A DNA stretch of 64,000 nt from Methanomassiliicoccales archaeon (GTDB taxonomy: Archaea > Thermoplasmatota > Thermoplasmata > Methanomassiliicoccales > UBA472): the NCBI GenBank assembly GCA_040765825.1, contig JAXGRO010000003.1, positions 27,262-91,261 on the forward strand, read 5' to 3'. A model generated the notes under the pieces. That model was not told the DNA's origin, did no database searches, and saw only the letters and a program-made list of their open reading frames with translations. Positions 10,639-19,311 of the stretch are shown in pieces. The position numbers and the translations under genes were made by a program. Each line of letters starts with the position of its first letter. Position 1 is the first letter of the stretch.

Positions 10639-11010
10639 TCAGTCCAGCGGTTCCAGGGTCACCCTGGTGCGGTCAGGCAGGTCCACCAGGGCCTCCAGGT
10701 TGCCCAGCACCCGCCCCACCGGGGTGACCGGCCTGATGGCCTCCGGCCGGGAGGTGGTGGAGCAGGGCGTCCTGCCGAAGAAAACACAGAAGGCGTTGCC
10801 CTCGGGCCAGAAGGCCACCTCACCCTCCTCCAGTATCTTCCGCCCGTTCTCCAGCTCGGAATCCACCGGCACCGGGAAGAATATCTCTCCGCCCCAGGCG
10901 TTGATCTCCCGCTCCAAAGGCAGGGCCTGGTAGATCTTGTAGGCGGTGATCGAATCGTTGAGCTCTATCTCCCAGCGCTCGTACCGGCTGCGCATCAGAA
11001 TACGTTCCAT
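10639..11010 (-). CDS. Cyclophilin-like fold protein (TM1367/DUF369 type)
   Basis: WGGEIFF, GEVAFWPEGNAFCVFFGRTP. Confidence 0.85.
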   Translation of the reverse strand: MERILMRSRYERWEIELNDSITAYKIYQALPLEREINAWGGEIFFPVPVDSELENGRKILEEGEVAFWPEGNAFCVFFGRTPCSTTSRPEAIRPVTPVGRVLGNLEALVDLPDRTRVTLEPLD

Positions 11011-11018
11011 GCCCTCTC

Positions 11019-11056
11019 CCGGAAAGGGAAAGGGTGGAAGGGTGAAAAGGGTTTCG
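11019..11056 (-). terminator. Pyrimidine-rich putative terminator after ilvC
   Basis: Minus strand reads cgaaacccttttcacccttccaccctttccctttcc immediately after the stop. Confidence 0.45.
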
Positions 11057-12046
11057 TCACTTCTTGCTCTCGAAGAGGGCCCGGATCTCCGTGCCCACCT
11101 TCTCGATCTGGCTGTCGCCCTCGGCCTTCTCCAGGGACCTCATGCGGGGCATCCCGGCCTTGGCGTCGGCCAGCCATTCCTTCGCGAACTCCCCGGAACA
11201 GATGCGGTCCAGCATCCTCTCCATGGCCGCCTTGCTCTCCTCGTTGATGACCAGGTCGCGGGTGGTCAGGCCGCCGAACTCCGCGGTGTTGGAGACGCTC
11301 CTCCACATGTTCATCATGCCGCCGGAGTAGATCAGGTCCACGATCAGCTTGACCTCGTGCAGGCACTCGAAGTAGGCGATCTCGGGCTGGTATCCGCGCT
11401 TGACCAGGGTCTGGAACCCGGCATTGATGAGGGCGGTCACGCCCCCGCAGAGCACGGCCTGCTCCCCGAACAGGTCGGAGGTGGCCTCCTCGCGGAAGTT
11501 GGTCTCCAGCACTCCGGCCTTGGTGGACCCCAGGCCCTTGGCCAAGGCCAGGGCGATGGCCTTGGCGTTGCCGGTGAAGTCCTGCTCCACGGCTATGAGG
11601 GCGGGGACTCCGAAGCCCTCCAGGTACACCTTCCGCTCCATGGGGCCAGGCGCCTTCGGCGCCATCATGATCACGTCCACGGTCTTGGGCGGCTTGATGG
11701 TCCCGAAGGTTATGGCGAACCCGTGGGCGAACTCCAGGGCCGCGCCCTCCTTCAGGTTGGGCTCTATCTCGGCCCTGTAAACGTCCCCCTGGACCTCGTC
11801 GGGTATGAGCACCATGACCACGTCGGCGCCCTTCACGGCGCCGGCCACGGTGTCCACCTTCAGGCCGTTCTTCTTGGCCTCCACCCAGGACTTGCCGTCC
11901 TTGCGGACGCCCACGGTGACGTCCAATCCGCTGTCGTGCAGGCACAGGGCCTGGGCCCTGCCCTGGCTCCCGAAGCCGATGACCGCGACCTTCTTGCCCT
12001 TCAGGACGCCCAGGTCGGCGTCCGACTCGTGATATATCTTAGCCAT
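11057..12046 (-). CDS. ilvC: Ketol-acid reductoisomerase
   Basis: IGFGSQGRAQA, FAHGF, MAPKAPG, SDLFGEQAVLCGG; SD ggtgatc before the ATG at 12046. Confidence 0.97.
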   Translation of the reverse strand: MAKIYHESDADLGVLKGKKVAVIGFGSQGRAQALCLHDSGLDVTVGVRKDGKSWVEAKKNGLKVDTVAGAVKGADVVMVLIPDEVQGDVYRAEIEPNLKEGAALEFAHGFAITFGTIKPPKTVDVIMMAPKAPGPMERKVYLEGFGVPALIAVEQDFTGNAKAIALALAKGLGSTKAGVLETNFREEATSDLFGEQAVLCGGVTALINAGFQTLVKRGYQPEIAYFECLHEVKLIVDLIYSGGMMNMWRSVSNTAEFGGLTTRDLVINEESKAAMERMLDRICSGEFAKEWLADAKAGMPRMRSLEKAEGDSQIEKVGTEIRALFESKK

Positions 12047-12103
12047 TTGATCACCGTTAGATGCGTTGAGGCATTTTTTCCTCATTATTTACAATGTTCT
12101 ACC

Positions 12104-13804
12104 CTAACACCCGGCTTGGTTCCACCGGCATCGACTGCGTATGGTCCCGTCCTTGCTAGCCACGCCGCCAGGCAGCATGGGCAGCATGTCCTCCTCGGGG
12201 TCGATGCGGATGTCAACCACGAAGGGCACGTCGGAGCTGAAGGCCTCCTTGAAGGCGTCCGGCAGCTCGCTGGACCTGGTGACGGTCACCCCGCCGGCCC
12301 CGTAGGCCTCCGCCAGCTTCACGAAGTTGGGGTTGTTGCGCAGCTCGGTGCTGCTGTAGCGGCGGTCCCACTGCAGCTTCTGCCACTGCTTCACCATGCC
12401 CAGCCAGCCGTTGTTCAGCAGGCACACCACCACCGGGAGCTCCTCGGTCATGGCGGTGGCCAGTTCCTGGAACACCATCTGGAAGCTTCCGTCCCCGGCC
12501 ATGTCCACCACCTGCTTGTCCCGGTGGGCGTACTTCACGCCGATGGACGCGGGGAAGCCGAAGCCCATGGTGCCCATGCCCCCGGAGGTCACGAAGTGCG
12601 TGGGGTCCTGCAGGCGCATGAAGTGCGCGGCCCACATCTGGTTCTGTCCGACCTCGGTGACCACGTATGCATCGGGCGCCAGCACCTTCCTTAGCTCGTG
12701 CAGCACCTTCTGCGGCTTGATCTGCCCCTCATCGATGTCTATGTTGCACACGCAGATGTCCGCAAGCTCCTTCACCCTCCGGCTCCAGGCGCTCTCGCCC
12801 TTGGACCGCCCCAGGGCCTTGATGATCATCTGCAGCCCCCTCTTGGCGTCCCCGACCAGCCGGGCCTTGGTCCGGTAGTTCTTTCCGGCCTCCATGGGGT
12901 CTATGTCCAGATGAACCACCTTGGTGTCCTTGGAGACCTCGCTGTCGTAGCCTATGGTGCGGTCGGAGAACCGGGCGCCGATGACGAACACCACATCCGC
13001 CTCCAGGATGGCTTTCCTGGAGCACTCCCGACCGTGCATACCGAGTATGCCCAGGGATAGGGGGTGGTCCTCGGGGATGATGGCTTTGGCCATGATGGTG
13101 GTTATCACCGGGGCCATGAGCATCTCGGCAAGCTTGAGTATCTCGCCGGAGGCGTTGGACCATCTGGCCCCTCCGCCCACCAGCAGTGCCGGCCTCTCGG
13201 CGTCCCGCAGTATCTTCACCGCGTCCAGCAGCTGGGAGAAGTCCTCGAAGGGAGCGGGCACCGGGAAGTTCTCGTTCAGCAGGGCCGGGTCTATCTCCCC
13301 CCGCTGCACGTCCACCGGCAGGTCGATGTGCACAGGACCCTTGCGACCGGTGTTGGCTATGGTCATACCCCGCTTGATGGCCTCCGGAAGGTCGTTGGGC
13401 TTCAGCACACGGTAGTTGTGCTTGGTGATGGGCATCATCAGGCTGAAGATGTCCGCCTCCTGGAAGGCGTTGTTGCCTATGGCCGAGGTGGCCACCTGGC
13501 CGGTGAGGACCATCATCGGGGACGAATCAGCATAAGCGGTGGCCACCCCTGTCACCAGGTTGGTGGCTCCCGGACCGGAGGTGGCGATGCAAACCCCGGT
13601 CTTGCTGGTGGTGCGGGAGTATCCATCGGCCATGTGGGCCGCGCACTGCTCGTGGCGGACCAGGACGTGGTGGATGTCGGAGTTCAACAGCTCATCATAT
13701 ATCGGAATGGTCACCCCGCCGGGGTAACCGAACATCACGTCCACGCCCTGCCCTTCAAGCAGTTCCAGAACAGCCTTGGCACCTTTCATACACTGATCCC
13801 TCAT
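12104..13804 (-). CDS. ilvB: Acetolactate synthase, large subunit
   Basis: FGYPGG, RHEQCAAHMADGY, TSGPGATN, AFQEAD, GDGSFQM...NNGWLGMV; start at 13804 or 13789. Confidence 0.96.
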   Translation of the reverse strand: MRDQCMKGAKAVLELLEGQGVDVMFGYPGGVTIPIYDELLNSDIHHVLVRHEQCAAHMADGYSRTTSKTGVCIATSGPGATNLVTGVATAYADSSPMMVLTGQVATSAIGNNAFQEADIFSLMMPITKHNYRVLKPNDLPEAIKRGMTIANTGRKGPVHIDLPVDVQRGEIDPALLNENFPVPAPFEDFSQLLDAVKILRDAERPALLVGGGARWSNASGEILKLAEMLMAPVITTIMAKAIIPEDHPLSLGILGMHGRECSRKAILEADVVFVIGARFSDRTIGYDSEVSKDTKVVHLDIDPMEAGKNYRTKARLVGDAKRGLQMIIKALGRSKGESAWSRRVKELADICVCNIDIDEGQIKPQKVLHELRKVLAPDAYVVTEVGQNQMWAAHFMRLQDPTHFVTSGGMGTMGFGFPASIGVKYAHRDKQVVDMAGDGSFQMVFQELATAMTEELPVVVCLLNNGWLGMVKQWQKLQWDRRYSSTELRNNPNFVKLAEAYGAGGVTVTRSSELPDAFKEAFSSDVPFVVDIRIDPEEDMLPMLPGGVASKDGTIRSRCRWNQAGC

Positions 13805-13853
13805 TTCTCCAATCCTCGAGGACGTTGGAAATAACGTCCCCTGTCACAAGACG
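13801..13853 (-). promoter_or_regulatory. Putative attenuator with alternative hairpins between the leader ORF and ilvB
   Basis: 9-bp stem GGGGACGUU/AACGUCCUC (13841-13818) is mutually exclusive with a bulged stem (13834-13801) covering the ilvB start region; pairing checked by hand only. Confidence 0.6.
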
Positions 13854-13900
13854 ACAATAACAGTGAGCGATGGCAAAAGCGAATACGTTCTCTCACCCAT
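13844..13900 (-). CDS. Putative ilv leader peptide MGERTYSLLPSLTVIVVL
   Basis: ATG at 13900, TGA at 13846-13844; 8 of 18 codons are Leu/Val/Ile and it ends in VIVVL; aaggga before the ATG; directly upstream of ilvB. Confidence 0.7.
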   Translation of the reverse strand: MGERTYSLLPSLTVIVVL

Positions 13901-13937
13901 GTTGTCCCTTGACACGGGTAAACTTCATGCGGAGCAT

Positions 13938-13950
13938 GATATTTAAGAAT
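13938..13950 (-). promoter_or_regulatory. TATA box of the ilv leader/ilvB-ilvC transcript
   Basis: Minus strand cttaaatat about 40 nt upstream of the leader ATG. Confidence 0.55.
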
Positions 13951-13972
13951 ATCTGATTCATGGAGGGGAGAT

Positions 13973-14509
13973 ATGAACGCTGGGGAGGGTGATGATGGCA
14001 GCGGACCAGGGGACCAGGACTCGGTGGCTCTGGTGGACCACGACCCGAGCTGGACAGCGGCCTTCGAGAGGGAGAGGTCGGCCTTGCTCCTTCACCTGGG
14101 GGCATCGGCGCTCAGCGTGGAGCATGTGGGCAGCACCGCCGTGCCCGGGCTGAGGGCCAAACCGGTGCTGGACATCATGGTGGGGGTGAGGGAGCTCGCC
14201 CTTCCGGCATTCAAGGCCCCGCTGGAGGGGCTGGGGTACGTGCATGTGCCCATCGGGTGCCGGGAAAGGCTGTTCTTCCGCAAGGGCATGCCCCGCACCC
14301 ACCACCTGCACTTGGTGCTGGAAGGGGGAGAGGAGCAGCGGAGGCATCTCGCCTTCCGGGACTGGCTGAGAGGTCATCCGGAGGACGCCCGGGAGTACCA
14401 GGACCTGAAGGAGGGGCTGGCCGAGCGCTTCGCCCGTGACCGGGATTCGTACACCGAGGGCAAGGCGGGATTCATCAGAGGGATCCTGGCCAAGGCAATG
14501 GACGAGTAG
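13973..14509 (+). CDS. GrpB/UPF0157 family nucleotidyltransferase-like protein
   Basis: VEHVGSTAVPGLRAKPVLDI, HLAFRDWLR, YTEGK; SD ggaggg. Confidence 0.9.
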   Translation: MNAGEGDDGSGPGDQDSVALVDHDPSWTAAFERERSALLLHLGASALSVEHVGSTAVPGLRAKPVLDIMVGVRELALPAFKAPLEGLGYVHVPIGCRERLFFRKGMPRTHHLHLVLEGGEEQRRHLAFRDWLRGHPEDAREYQDLKEGLAERFARDRDSYTEGKAGFIRGILAKAMDE

Positions 14510-14589
14510 CCCGCTGGCCAAAACGATATAATGCCAGTATCCCCATTCCCTCAGGTCAGGAGCGTATCCCCACGAACGCCAACGAGATC

Positions 14590-15834
14590 ATGGAGAGAGG
14601 AGCCCAGAGCCAGCTTTTGAAGGACCCCTACGTGAGGCGGGTGTGGGACCTGATCAATGGCGAACCGCTCTTCAGCAAGAGCGCGGACGAGCTGGCCTCA
14701 TTGAGGGAATCGCTGCGCCGGGAATCGCTGCAGTTCTTCGCCCGGCACAGCCCCTACTATGTCGACCTCTTCGACCGCCTGGAGATAGACCCGGCCAAGG
14801 CCACCCTGCAGGACGTGGCCAAGCTGGCCATCCCCTCGGACATGCTGCGGGGGGACGGCCAGAAGCGCTTCCTGATCCAGGACCTGGAGGAGGGAGGGGA
14901 GACCTTCTCATCCAGTGGCACCACCGGCAAGGACCCCGTGCGCGTCTACCGATCGCCGGTGGACCTGGCCATCATGCTGAAGGCCAACACCGACCTGTTC
15001 GAGCATGTCTACGGGGACCTGCTGAAGGATGGCGAGGGCGTGGCCCTGTTCATGGCCGCGCCGGAGCTGCGCTCCAAGCTCAGCTTCGTGGCCTTCGTGG
15101 ACCTGACCCTGGACAAGAAGGGAATCGAACTGCTGTACGGCATGGACCTGGAGGACAAGTCCCAGGCCGGAACGCCCTGGCAGAAGCTGACCACCAACAA
15201 GGAGAACCTGCTCAAGTTCCTGAAGTCCAAGAAGGAGCCGAAGCTGTTCTTCACCGCCCCCGCCGGGGTGCACATCCTGGGGCAGAAGTTCGAGGGCATG
15301 GGGCTGGGGCAGAGGATGGCCTACAAGCTGGCCTCGGGCGCCCCGCCCATCCGTCTAGGGAAGGGAGGCGTTGTGGTCACCGGCGGTGGCTCCAAGGGCT
15401 TCGCCGATCTGCCGGAGTACCCGCAGCTGGTGGCCAACGCCCAGAAGCACTTCGTGAGCCACGACCGCTCCGGGAAGCAGGTGGAAACGCCATTCATGGA
15501 CGTCCTGGGGATGACGGAGACGCTGACCGCGCTCATCGACCGCCACGGGGTGATGGACAAGGTGCCGCACCCCCTGTCCGAGGCGTTCCTGCTGGATCCC
15601 ATGACCTTCGAGCTGGTGGAGGAGGAGGGGCGGGAGGGCATACTGGGGATATTCAACCCCTTCACCACCTCCTGGCTGGAGGTGTTCTACCCCGGCGACA
15701 TCATGACCTGGCATTCCTCGAAGGGCTTCTACGGCAAGGAGTTCGTGTACAAGCGCCGCCTGAGCGTGAAGGAGGGGTGGGACCTGCAGCGGGCCTGCGG
15801 AGGCACCCTGGAAGAGATGATGACCAAGCAGTAG
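14590..15834 (+). CDS. LuxE-like acyl-protein synthetase (ANL superfamily)
   Basis: FSSSGTTG ATP loop, TGGGSKG, DVLGMTE, PGDI, C-terminal RACG (candidate acylated Cys). Confidence 0.78.
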   Translation: MERGAQSQLLKDPYVRRVWDLINGEPLFSKSADELASLRESLRRESLQFFARHSPYYVDLFDRLEIDPAKATLQDVAKLAIPSDMLRGDGQKRFLIQDLEEGGETFSSSGTTGKDPVRVYRSPVDLAIMLKANTDLFEHVYGDLLKDGEGVALFMAAPELRSKLSFVAFVDLTLDKKGIELLYGMDLEDKSQAGTPWQKLTTNKENLLKFLKSKKEPKLFFTAPAGVHILGQKFEGMGLGQRMAYKLASGAPPIRLGKGGVVVTGGGSKGFADLPEYPQLVANAQKHFVSHDRSGKQVETPFMDVLGMTETLTALIDRHGVMDKVPHPLSEAFLLDPMTFELVEEEGREGILGIFNPFTTSWLEVFYPGDIMTWHSSKGFYGKEFVYKRRLSVKEGWDLQRACGGTLEEMMTKQ

Positions 15835-15871
15835 CCACATCATTAAAAGCGCCGATGGCGTTCCCCATCCC

Positions 15872-17338
15872 ATGTCCTCAACCGTAGAGCCGCTGCTGTT
15901 CGATCGAGCCCTTGAGACGGCCCCGAGCGCCGGCAACCCTGACGTTCTGGAACTGTCCCCGGCAGCCCTCGGGCAGCTCATGGAGGCCGCTCCGGCCGTG
16001 CAGGCGGAGCTGTCCTCGATCCCCATCGACGACCGGCTGCAGGTCATTGAGCACATGGCCAGACTCTGGAAGGACCGCCTGGACCGTGGTGATTACGATC
16101 GACTGAAGGAGGATATGTCCGCCTCCACCGGCTATTCCCCCGCGCTCATGGAGACCGAACTGTCCTTCGTGCCCGCGGTGCTCGGCGCGGCCAACATCCG
16201 CAAGAACCTGGAGGCCTCGGTGCAGGGGGGCGCCGAGGCCCTGCACCGCTTCGTGGAGATGGACGAGACGGAGATGTTCCGCCATGTGCCGGTCGGCCCG
16301 GTGCTCATCATCAGCTCCGGGAACTCCATCGTGCCCACGCTCATACCCACGGTGGTCTCCCTGGTGACCGGGAACCTGACCGTGCTCAAGCCCTCCATAT
16401 CCAACTACCGGGGGGTGACCGAGGTCTTCAGGCTTCTGGCCGAGGTCCCGGACTCCAGGGCCGCCCGGGCCATGCGCTCCGCGCTGGCGGTCTCCTACTT
16501 CGGCCATGACTCCCCCGCCCTGAAGGCCGCACTGGAGGAGATGCCTCTGGGCATGGTGAACTTCTGGGGGGCGGAGCCGGCCCGCAGCATCGTGGCCGGG
16601 ATGGTCGGGAAGAACGCCAACCATCCGCGCTTCTTCGTGAACGGGCCCTTCACCGGCATGGCCATAATCGAGGACGGCGTGGACCACCTGCAGGCCGCCG
16701 ACGACCTGGCCCTGGACGTGGTGCTCTACGACCAGCAGCTGTGCTCCTCGCCCACCACCGCGGTGTTCATCGGCCCCTACGAGAGGGCCAGGGAATTCCT
16801 GAGGACGGCGGGGGAACGATTGGACGCCACGGGCATGGAGTTCCCCCTGTCCCCGGACCAGGACCGCACTTTCATACTGCAGGGCGCCCGGCGCTTCATC
16901 CAGACAGACGGGGGACTGGTGCTGTCGTCCAAGGTCCCGGAGAACCCCTGGACCCTGGTGCTGTCCAGGGAACGCAGCTCCCTGGAGGGGCTGGCCAGGC
17001 AGTTCCCCACCTTCAACCTCTTCGCCCGCCGGCGCTTCCTGGAGGTCGTGGCGGTCCCGGACGCCGGCAGGGCGATGGAGCTTCTCCGCTCGCTGCCGCG
17101 GCACCCGGCCTTCCGGGGCATCGACGGGGTGCAGAGCATCGGACTGGCGATCACCGACGCCTCCATGCCGGCGATCGTGGACGGCCTGGTGAGGGCCGGG
17201 GTGCATCGCATACTGCCCCTGGGGGACATGTTCATGCGCGGGGCGGTGGAACCCTACGACGGGGTACCCATGACCTCCCTGTTCACCCGCATAGTGTACT
17301 GGAGGATGAGGAACGATGGACTGGAGGGGCAGCTTTGA
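15872..17338 (+). CDS. LuxC-like acyl-CoA/acyl-protein reductase
   Basis: ISSGNS, LKPS, NFWG, YDQQLCSSP catalytic Cys motif, GVHRILPLG...PYDG. Confidence 0.85.
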   Translation: MSSTVEPLLFDRALETAPSAGNPDVLELSPAALGQLMEAAPAVQAELSSIPIDDRLQVIEHMARLWKDRLDRGDYDRLKEDMSASTGYSPALMETELSFVPAVLGAANIRKNLEASVQGGAEALHRFVEMDETEMFRHVPVGPVLIISSGNSIVPTLIPTVVSLVTGNLTVLKPSISNYRGVTEVFRLLAEVPDSRAARAMRSALAVSYFGHDSPALKAALEEMPLGMVNFWGAEPARSIVAGMVGKNANHPRFFVNGPFTGMAIIEDGVDHLQAADDLALDVVLYDQQLCSSPTTAVFIGPYERAREFLRTAGERLDATGMEFPLSPDQDRTFILQGARRFIQTDGGLVLSSKVPENPWTLVLSRERSSLEGLARQFPTFNLFARRRFLEVVAVPDAGRAMELLRSLPRHPAFRGIDGVQSIGLAITDASMPAIVDGLVRAGVHRILPLGDMFMRGAVEPYDGVPMTSLFTRIVYWRMRNDGLEGQL

Positions 17339-18312
17339 GGGTGCTGGTCACCGGGGCCACCGGGTTCCTGGGAGGACATATGGTCAGCAAGATGGCCGGA
17401 GGGCCGCACGTCCCGGTGTGCGCCCATCGCCAGGGCAGCGACACCTCCAGGATAGACGCGCTGGGCCTGGAGAAGACCGTCCTCGACCTCACCGATCCCG
17501 CATCGATGAGGAACGCGCTGCGGGGGGTGGACGCGGTGTTGCACCTGGCGGCCTACTACACCTTCACCGGGAAGAAGGAGATGTACGAGAAGGTCAACGT
17601 CAAGGGCACAGGGGACCTTCTGGAGGCGTGCAGGGAGGCAGGCGTGCGGCGCTTCGTCTACTGCAGCAGCACCGAGGCCATGGGACCCATAGCGTCCCCG
17701 CCGGGGGACGAGGATTCCCCGCTCAACCCGCAGTATGAGTACGGACGATCGAAGGCCAGGGCGGAGGAGCTGGTGAGAGCGTCCGGCCTGGATTGGACCA
17801 TACTGCGCCCCTCGGGCATATACGGCCCGAGCAACGTGGACGATGTGGCCTATTACTTCATAACCTCCTTCAAGGGGTTCGCCTCCAAGTTCATAATCGG
17901 TTCGGGAAGGAACTACATCCAGTTCGTGCATGTGCAGGACGTGGTGCAGGCCTTCCTCAAGGCACTGGACGCTCCGGCGTCGATTTGCGGGACGTACATT
18001 ATCACCCAGGCCAGGCCGTACACCTACGAGGAGGTGTACCGCGTCCTGGCCAACATATTCCAGCAGCCCGAGCCGCGCTGGCGCCTGCGCAAGGGCCTGG
18101 CCAAGCTGATGATGCTGCCCATAGAGTCCTTCAACGCCCTGATCGGGCGGGAGAACTTCCTGTACCGCAGGGAGACGGTGGAGAGCGTGACCAGCGACCG
18201 GGCCTTCAGCATCGAGCGGGCCCGCAAGGACCTGGGGTACGAACCGGAGTACGATCTGCCGGAGGGAATGGCCGAGACGGTGGCCTGGTACCGGGAGAAC
18301 GGCCACCTGTGA
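17335..18312 (+). CDS. NAD-dependent epimerase/dehydratase (extended SDR; 3-beta-HSD/HpnA-like)
   Basis: TTG start overlaps the luxC-like stop; VTGATGFLG, HLAAYY, YGRSK, LRPSGIYGP. Confidence 0.9.
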   Translation: MRVLVTGATGFLGGHMVSKMAGGPHVPVCAHRQGSDTSRIDALGLEKTVLDLTDPASMRNALRGVDAVLHLAAYYTFTGKKEMYEKVNVKGTGDLLEACREAGVRRFVYCSSTEAMGPIASPPGDEDSPLNPQYEYGRSKARAEELVRASGLDWTILRPSGIYGPSNVDDVAYYFITSFKGFASKFIIGSGRNYIQFVHVQDVVQAFLKALDAPASICGTYIITQARPYTYEEVYRVLANIFQQPEPRWRLRKGLAKLMMLPIESFNALIGRENFLYRRETVESVTSDRAFSIERARKDLGYEPEYDLPEGMAETVAWYRENGHL

Positions 18313-18381
18313 GCAACGGTTATATCCGCTATCGGTTTTTACCGTCCCGGTGATCGGACGGAGAAGACGCTGTACCGCACA

Positions 18382-19311
18382 TTGCTGAACATGCTTAGGA
18401 TCAGCTATACCCTACCTTTCGTCATGGCCTCGGTCACCGGGGCGGCGTTCGCGCTCACGGTGGGCGACGAATGGCTCCTGGCGGTCCTGATACCGCTGGA
18501 CGTCTTCTTCTTCGCCCTGTTCGCCAACCTCAGCAACGATTACTTCGATCACAAGAGCGGCACCGACGCCACCCGCTTCGACTTCATGACCGACGAGCGC
18601 AAGGAGGCCATCAAGGAGCTGTACGACGAAAGGGTGTACTGGGACGGCAACATCTTTGACAAGGGGGACGTCAGCGAGCGGATCGGGAAGATGGTTCTGG
18701 CGACCATACTGGCCATGGCCCTGCTGACCGCCATCCCCATCGTATCGTACGGCGGCTGGCTGGTGATCGTCCTGGGGGCCATAGGCCTGTTCCTGGCCTA
18801 CTTCTACACCGCTCCCCCGCTGAACCTTGGCGCCCGGGGGCTGGGAGAGCTGGACGTGGGGGCCTCCTTCTTCATGATGTCCTTCTTCACCTACTACGTC
18901 ATCAGGCCCGAGTGGTCATGGCAGATGTTCCTGATCGGACTGATAGTGGGAACGTCGGTGATGCTCATGCGCTTCGTGGACCAGATGTCCGGATACGAGG
19001 CGCACGTCAAGGGAGGGGAGAAGGACTGGTGCGTGCGCCTGGGCCTGGAGAGGGCGGTGGGCGCCGTTGGCGTCATTCTGCTAGGGATACACATCATGCA
19101 CCTGGGGCTGGTCTATTTCCACCCGGTGTTCCTGATCCTGCTGCTCACTGTGCCCATGGGCCGGAGGATGATGCAGGGGCTCCGCGACAGGGACGACGAC
19201 CTGCGTTTCATCAGGCCGGCGCCGCAGATCGTCAAGATGGTCATCTTCAGCGAGATGCTCATCATCATTTCGTTGATAGTGCAAAACGCCCTGCCATGGA
19301 CATTATGGTAG
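18382..19311 (+). CDS. UbiA-family prenyltransferase, MenA/UBIAD1-like
   Basis: ANLSNDYFDHKSGTD, YTAPPLNLGARGLGE, second acidic motif DQMSGYEAH, multiple TM helices; start uncertain (possible ACG at 18358). Confidence 0.85.
   Translation: MLNMLRISYTLPFVMASVTGAAFALTVGDEWLLAVLIPLDVFFFALFANLSNDYFDHKSGTDATRFDFMTDERKEAIKELYDERVYWDGNIFDKGDVSERIGKMVLATILAMALLTAIPIVSYGGWLVIVLGAIGLFLAYFYTAPPLNLGARGLGELDVGASFFMMSFFTYYVIRPEWSWQMFLIGLIVGTSVMLMRFVDQMSGYEAHVKGGEKDWCVRLGLERAVGAVGVILLGIHIMHLGLVYFHPVFLILLLTVPMGRRMMQGLRDRDDDLRFIRPAPQIVKMVIFSEMLIIISLIVQNALPWTLW

Noticed and set aside
10946-12694. 582-aa plus-strand ORF, and similar long ORFs at 24238-25881, 29392-30963 and 35240-36949
   Set aside because: Antisense shadows of clear genes (ilvC/ilvB, pgk, lysA/lysC, mscS), expected at high GC3; no motifs
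13818-13841. ilv leader hairpin as an intrinsic terminator
   Set aside because: No U-tract follows; it fits better as the anti-sequestering 2:3 stem
15832-15846. Pyrrolysine read-through of the luxE-like TAG into luxC
   Set aside because: An in-frame TAA follows three codons later and luxC is in another frame; many genes here end normally in TAG
16741-17334. N-terminal 198 aa of the 523-aa ORF
   Set aside because: Overlaps the luxC-like gene out of frame; the SDR starts at TTG 17335
14590-17338. Bioluminescence (lux) operon
   Set aside because: No luxA/luxB/luxD, and luciferase needs O2 while the host appears to be an anaerobe
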